In this document: positions 61,986 through 64,000 of the stretch, one piece after another | Layout of the letters: every line of letters begins with the position of its first letter | Numbering within the stretch: position 1 is the stretch's first letter | NCBI GenBank assembly: GCA_002269645.1 | Contig: NIVC01002299.1 | Span: 1 to 64,000, forward strand | Source of the DNA: Macrostomum lignano | Lineage: Eukaryota | Length of the DNA stretch: 64,000 nt | Direction of reading: 5' to 3' | Program-made: the position numbers and the translations under genes | The notes under the pieces: generated by a model | The model's database searches: none | Told to the model about the DNA's origin: nothing | What the model saw: the letters and a program-made list of their open reading frames with translations, nothing else

Positions 61986-62772
61986 AGCATAAGGTACTTA
62001 TCATACTCATAGTATTATCGAGAGTGCATAAAAATTAAAAATCAAATTATTTGGCCGCCAAATCTTTTCAAATGTGACATTTGCGATATGTTGCGCCATT
62101 GGAAAGTCGTTAATTACATGCTATTTTAGTTTATACGCTCGTATTTTCAACTAATAGCTTATTACACATATCTGCCCCTATTCACCCAATTGCCAGTCAT
62201 ATTTGTTCATCGCATGCGCCAACTCTGAATCAGTCCAGACTTTTCTTTCAACTTGTTTTCTTAACTACGAGCGTACTTGGCCGATGTTATTTAAAAAAAT
62301 ATAAGTTCGGTGCCTTGCCTATTGTCGTAGCAACTAACCAGTTTATTCGTGTCTCTCAGTCTCTGGCAGACTACTTCAAGTAGCAATCTTGTATTCAATT
62401 TTTATTTTGAAGCTTAATTATCCAACATTTGAAATTTGCGCCTAATTTGCTTCAACTACTACTGCTTTTAATTTGATTCCGTTTTGCATGTACTCCTAAT
62501 TCTGCAATCTCGTTTGCACACCCTACTACTAATTCTAATACTACTGCCGCTTCTAAGTGTCCATTGCCATTTACCTTAAAATTAAATAGCCTAGAAGGTG
62601 TATATTGATTATATGCCTTAATATGGTGATCAGACTTGTGATCCCAAGTTGTATTCAAGTCTAATACAAATTTCCTTCTCAACCGAAATTTAAAATCCTA
62701 GTTTAACTGTATCATTTACTCGTTTCGAATTGTCTCTTGCTTTCTGCTCACCGAACTGACAGTGTGCAGACA

Positions 62773-62773
62773 T

Positions 62774-62848
<75 letters not shown>
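62773..62848. repeat. (GACA)n microsatellite
   Basis: Directly visible. Confidence 0.96.
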
Positions 62849-63469
62849 CAAAGACAGACGCACTGACAGACAGACTAACATGAACAGGCGACTGGAAAAG
62901 AGCAGGAGGGCGCAAAGCCGGAGAGCCGGCCAATGCAGCCTCGGTGAGGCTCCAGTCCGCACAGCCTCAGCATCGGCTGTCGGCAGTAGCTAGGCAGAGT
63001 TTCTCATAGAAAAGCTTCAGTAAGTGAGTGGCGAAAAGCCGTCGGCTGCACTGTTCTTCTTGCTCCAGTCCGCAGCTTCCACGAGCAACACCGAGTTGAT
63101 TAAAGTGACCGTTGGCAAACACCAACTCAGAATTGTGTGCTCAACTCAATACAGCAGAAGCAAATTATTGTTTTGCGCGTGTGTTTGCTCAGCCACTTGA
63201 CGATAACAGTCGCCTATGCAGTTTTCTCTCTGCTCTCTAAATAGTCGCGGCCAAGCTAAGAAAATCTTTGTGCGGAGGCTGGACAACTGTGCGAGCTCTG
63301 GAATTGCTCTGCATCAAAAGCTGTCTGTCTGTCCGCTTATTCTGAGCCGCGATGCCGGGCGAACCTCCACGGCGACAACTGCGGCGCCCACCTGTGCTGG
63401 AGATCGGCCGGCCGCCTTTTGTTAGCCTGGCCTGGCAGCCGGCGACGACTCGAACCCGCGACCACTTCC

Positions 63470-63801
63470 AGCTGATTGGTGCGCGATCATCGCGCGGACC
63501 TGCGCCGAAAGTTGAATGTACTTTTCAATCCGGGCCAATCGTAGCAGACGGATTTCGCCTCTCCGCGCGACCCCGCAGCCTCGGCTGCCGCCGGCGCGAC
63601 AGCGGGGTTAATCGAACTTTCGTCTCCATGGCAACGGATCGGAGGGACAAGCCTAAAGAGTCGGAAAGGGCGGCGGACGGTCAGCGTTCGCTGGCGCTAG
63701 ACTGGCGGCTCCTGACTCTGGTGGGGCGCCGTCTCGGCCCGCCCGCCAACCGGCCGACCGAGGTGGCGGCCTTAGCAACAACGCCCGGTCGCCATGGCAA
63801 C
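63470..63801. promoter_or_regulatory. GC-rich promoter-like region with two RFX X-boxes and CCAAT boxes
   Basis: GTCTCCATGGCAAC at 63622-63635, GTCGCCATGGCAAC at 63788-63801, half site CCTTAGCAAC at 63770, and ATTGG/CCAAT at ~63475 and ~63535. Confidence 0.5.
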
Positions 63802-64000
63802 ATTAAGCGCGGTCGGTCTGGTCTACGCTAGGCACGGGGCTCTCTGACCTGGCATTGTGCATATAAATATACATGTGTAAATACGAGTACATAGCTAACC
63901 ATAGGGACCACTGTGTGACAGCTTTTTCCAACTGTTGATTTCAAAATCCGCAATCGTTAAATAGATAAAAATTTCTGACATTTATCTGTTTATCAGTTTA

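Noticed and set aside
63352-63831. 159-aa ORF as a protein-coding gene
   Set aside because: No recognisable domain; Arg/Pro/Ala-rich translation typical of a GC-rich promoter island.

Overview
This is a eukaryotic (metazoan) genomic window. GC-rich coding exons, Ala-rich linkers and very abundant intronic minisatellites resemble the flatworm Macrostomum, but that assignment is inference. Seven conserved genes were reconstructed by hand, with splice phases checked. Minus strand: the 5' part of a conventional protein kinase C (runs off the left edge), a complete SERCA Ca2+-ATPase, TMEM11 and STK19. Plus strand: SLC35B2/PAPST1, an intronless cardiolipin synthase CRLS1 carrying a 1-nt frameshift, and NT5C3. 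There is also one orphan coding-like exon at 39389-39589. The most notable structure is in SERCA: two tandem 134-nt paralogous exons, which must be mutually exclusive, encode lumenal loop L7-8 and helix M8; two introns are GC-AG; and there are at least three candidate C-termini, including a 46-nt stop-cassette exon that mirrors the vertebrate SERCA1a/1b switch. The remainder is about 30 unrelated tandem arrays, several visibly derived from transposon termini, plus MITEs (hAT-, Tc1- and Merlin-like, and a foldback family), a decayed IS630/Tc1-like transposon, a tRNA-derived SINE and LINE fragments. No rRNA, bona fide tRNA or CRISPR array was found. Most long ORFs in the supplied track are repeat artefacts or antisense shadows.
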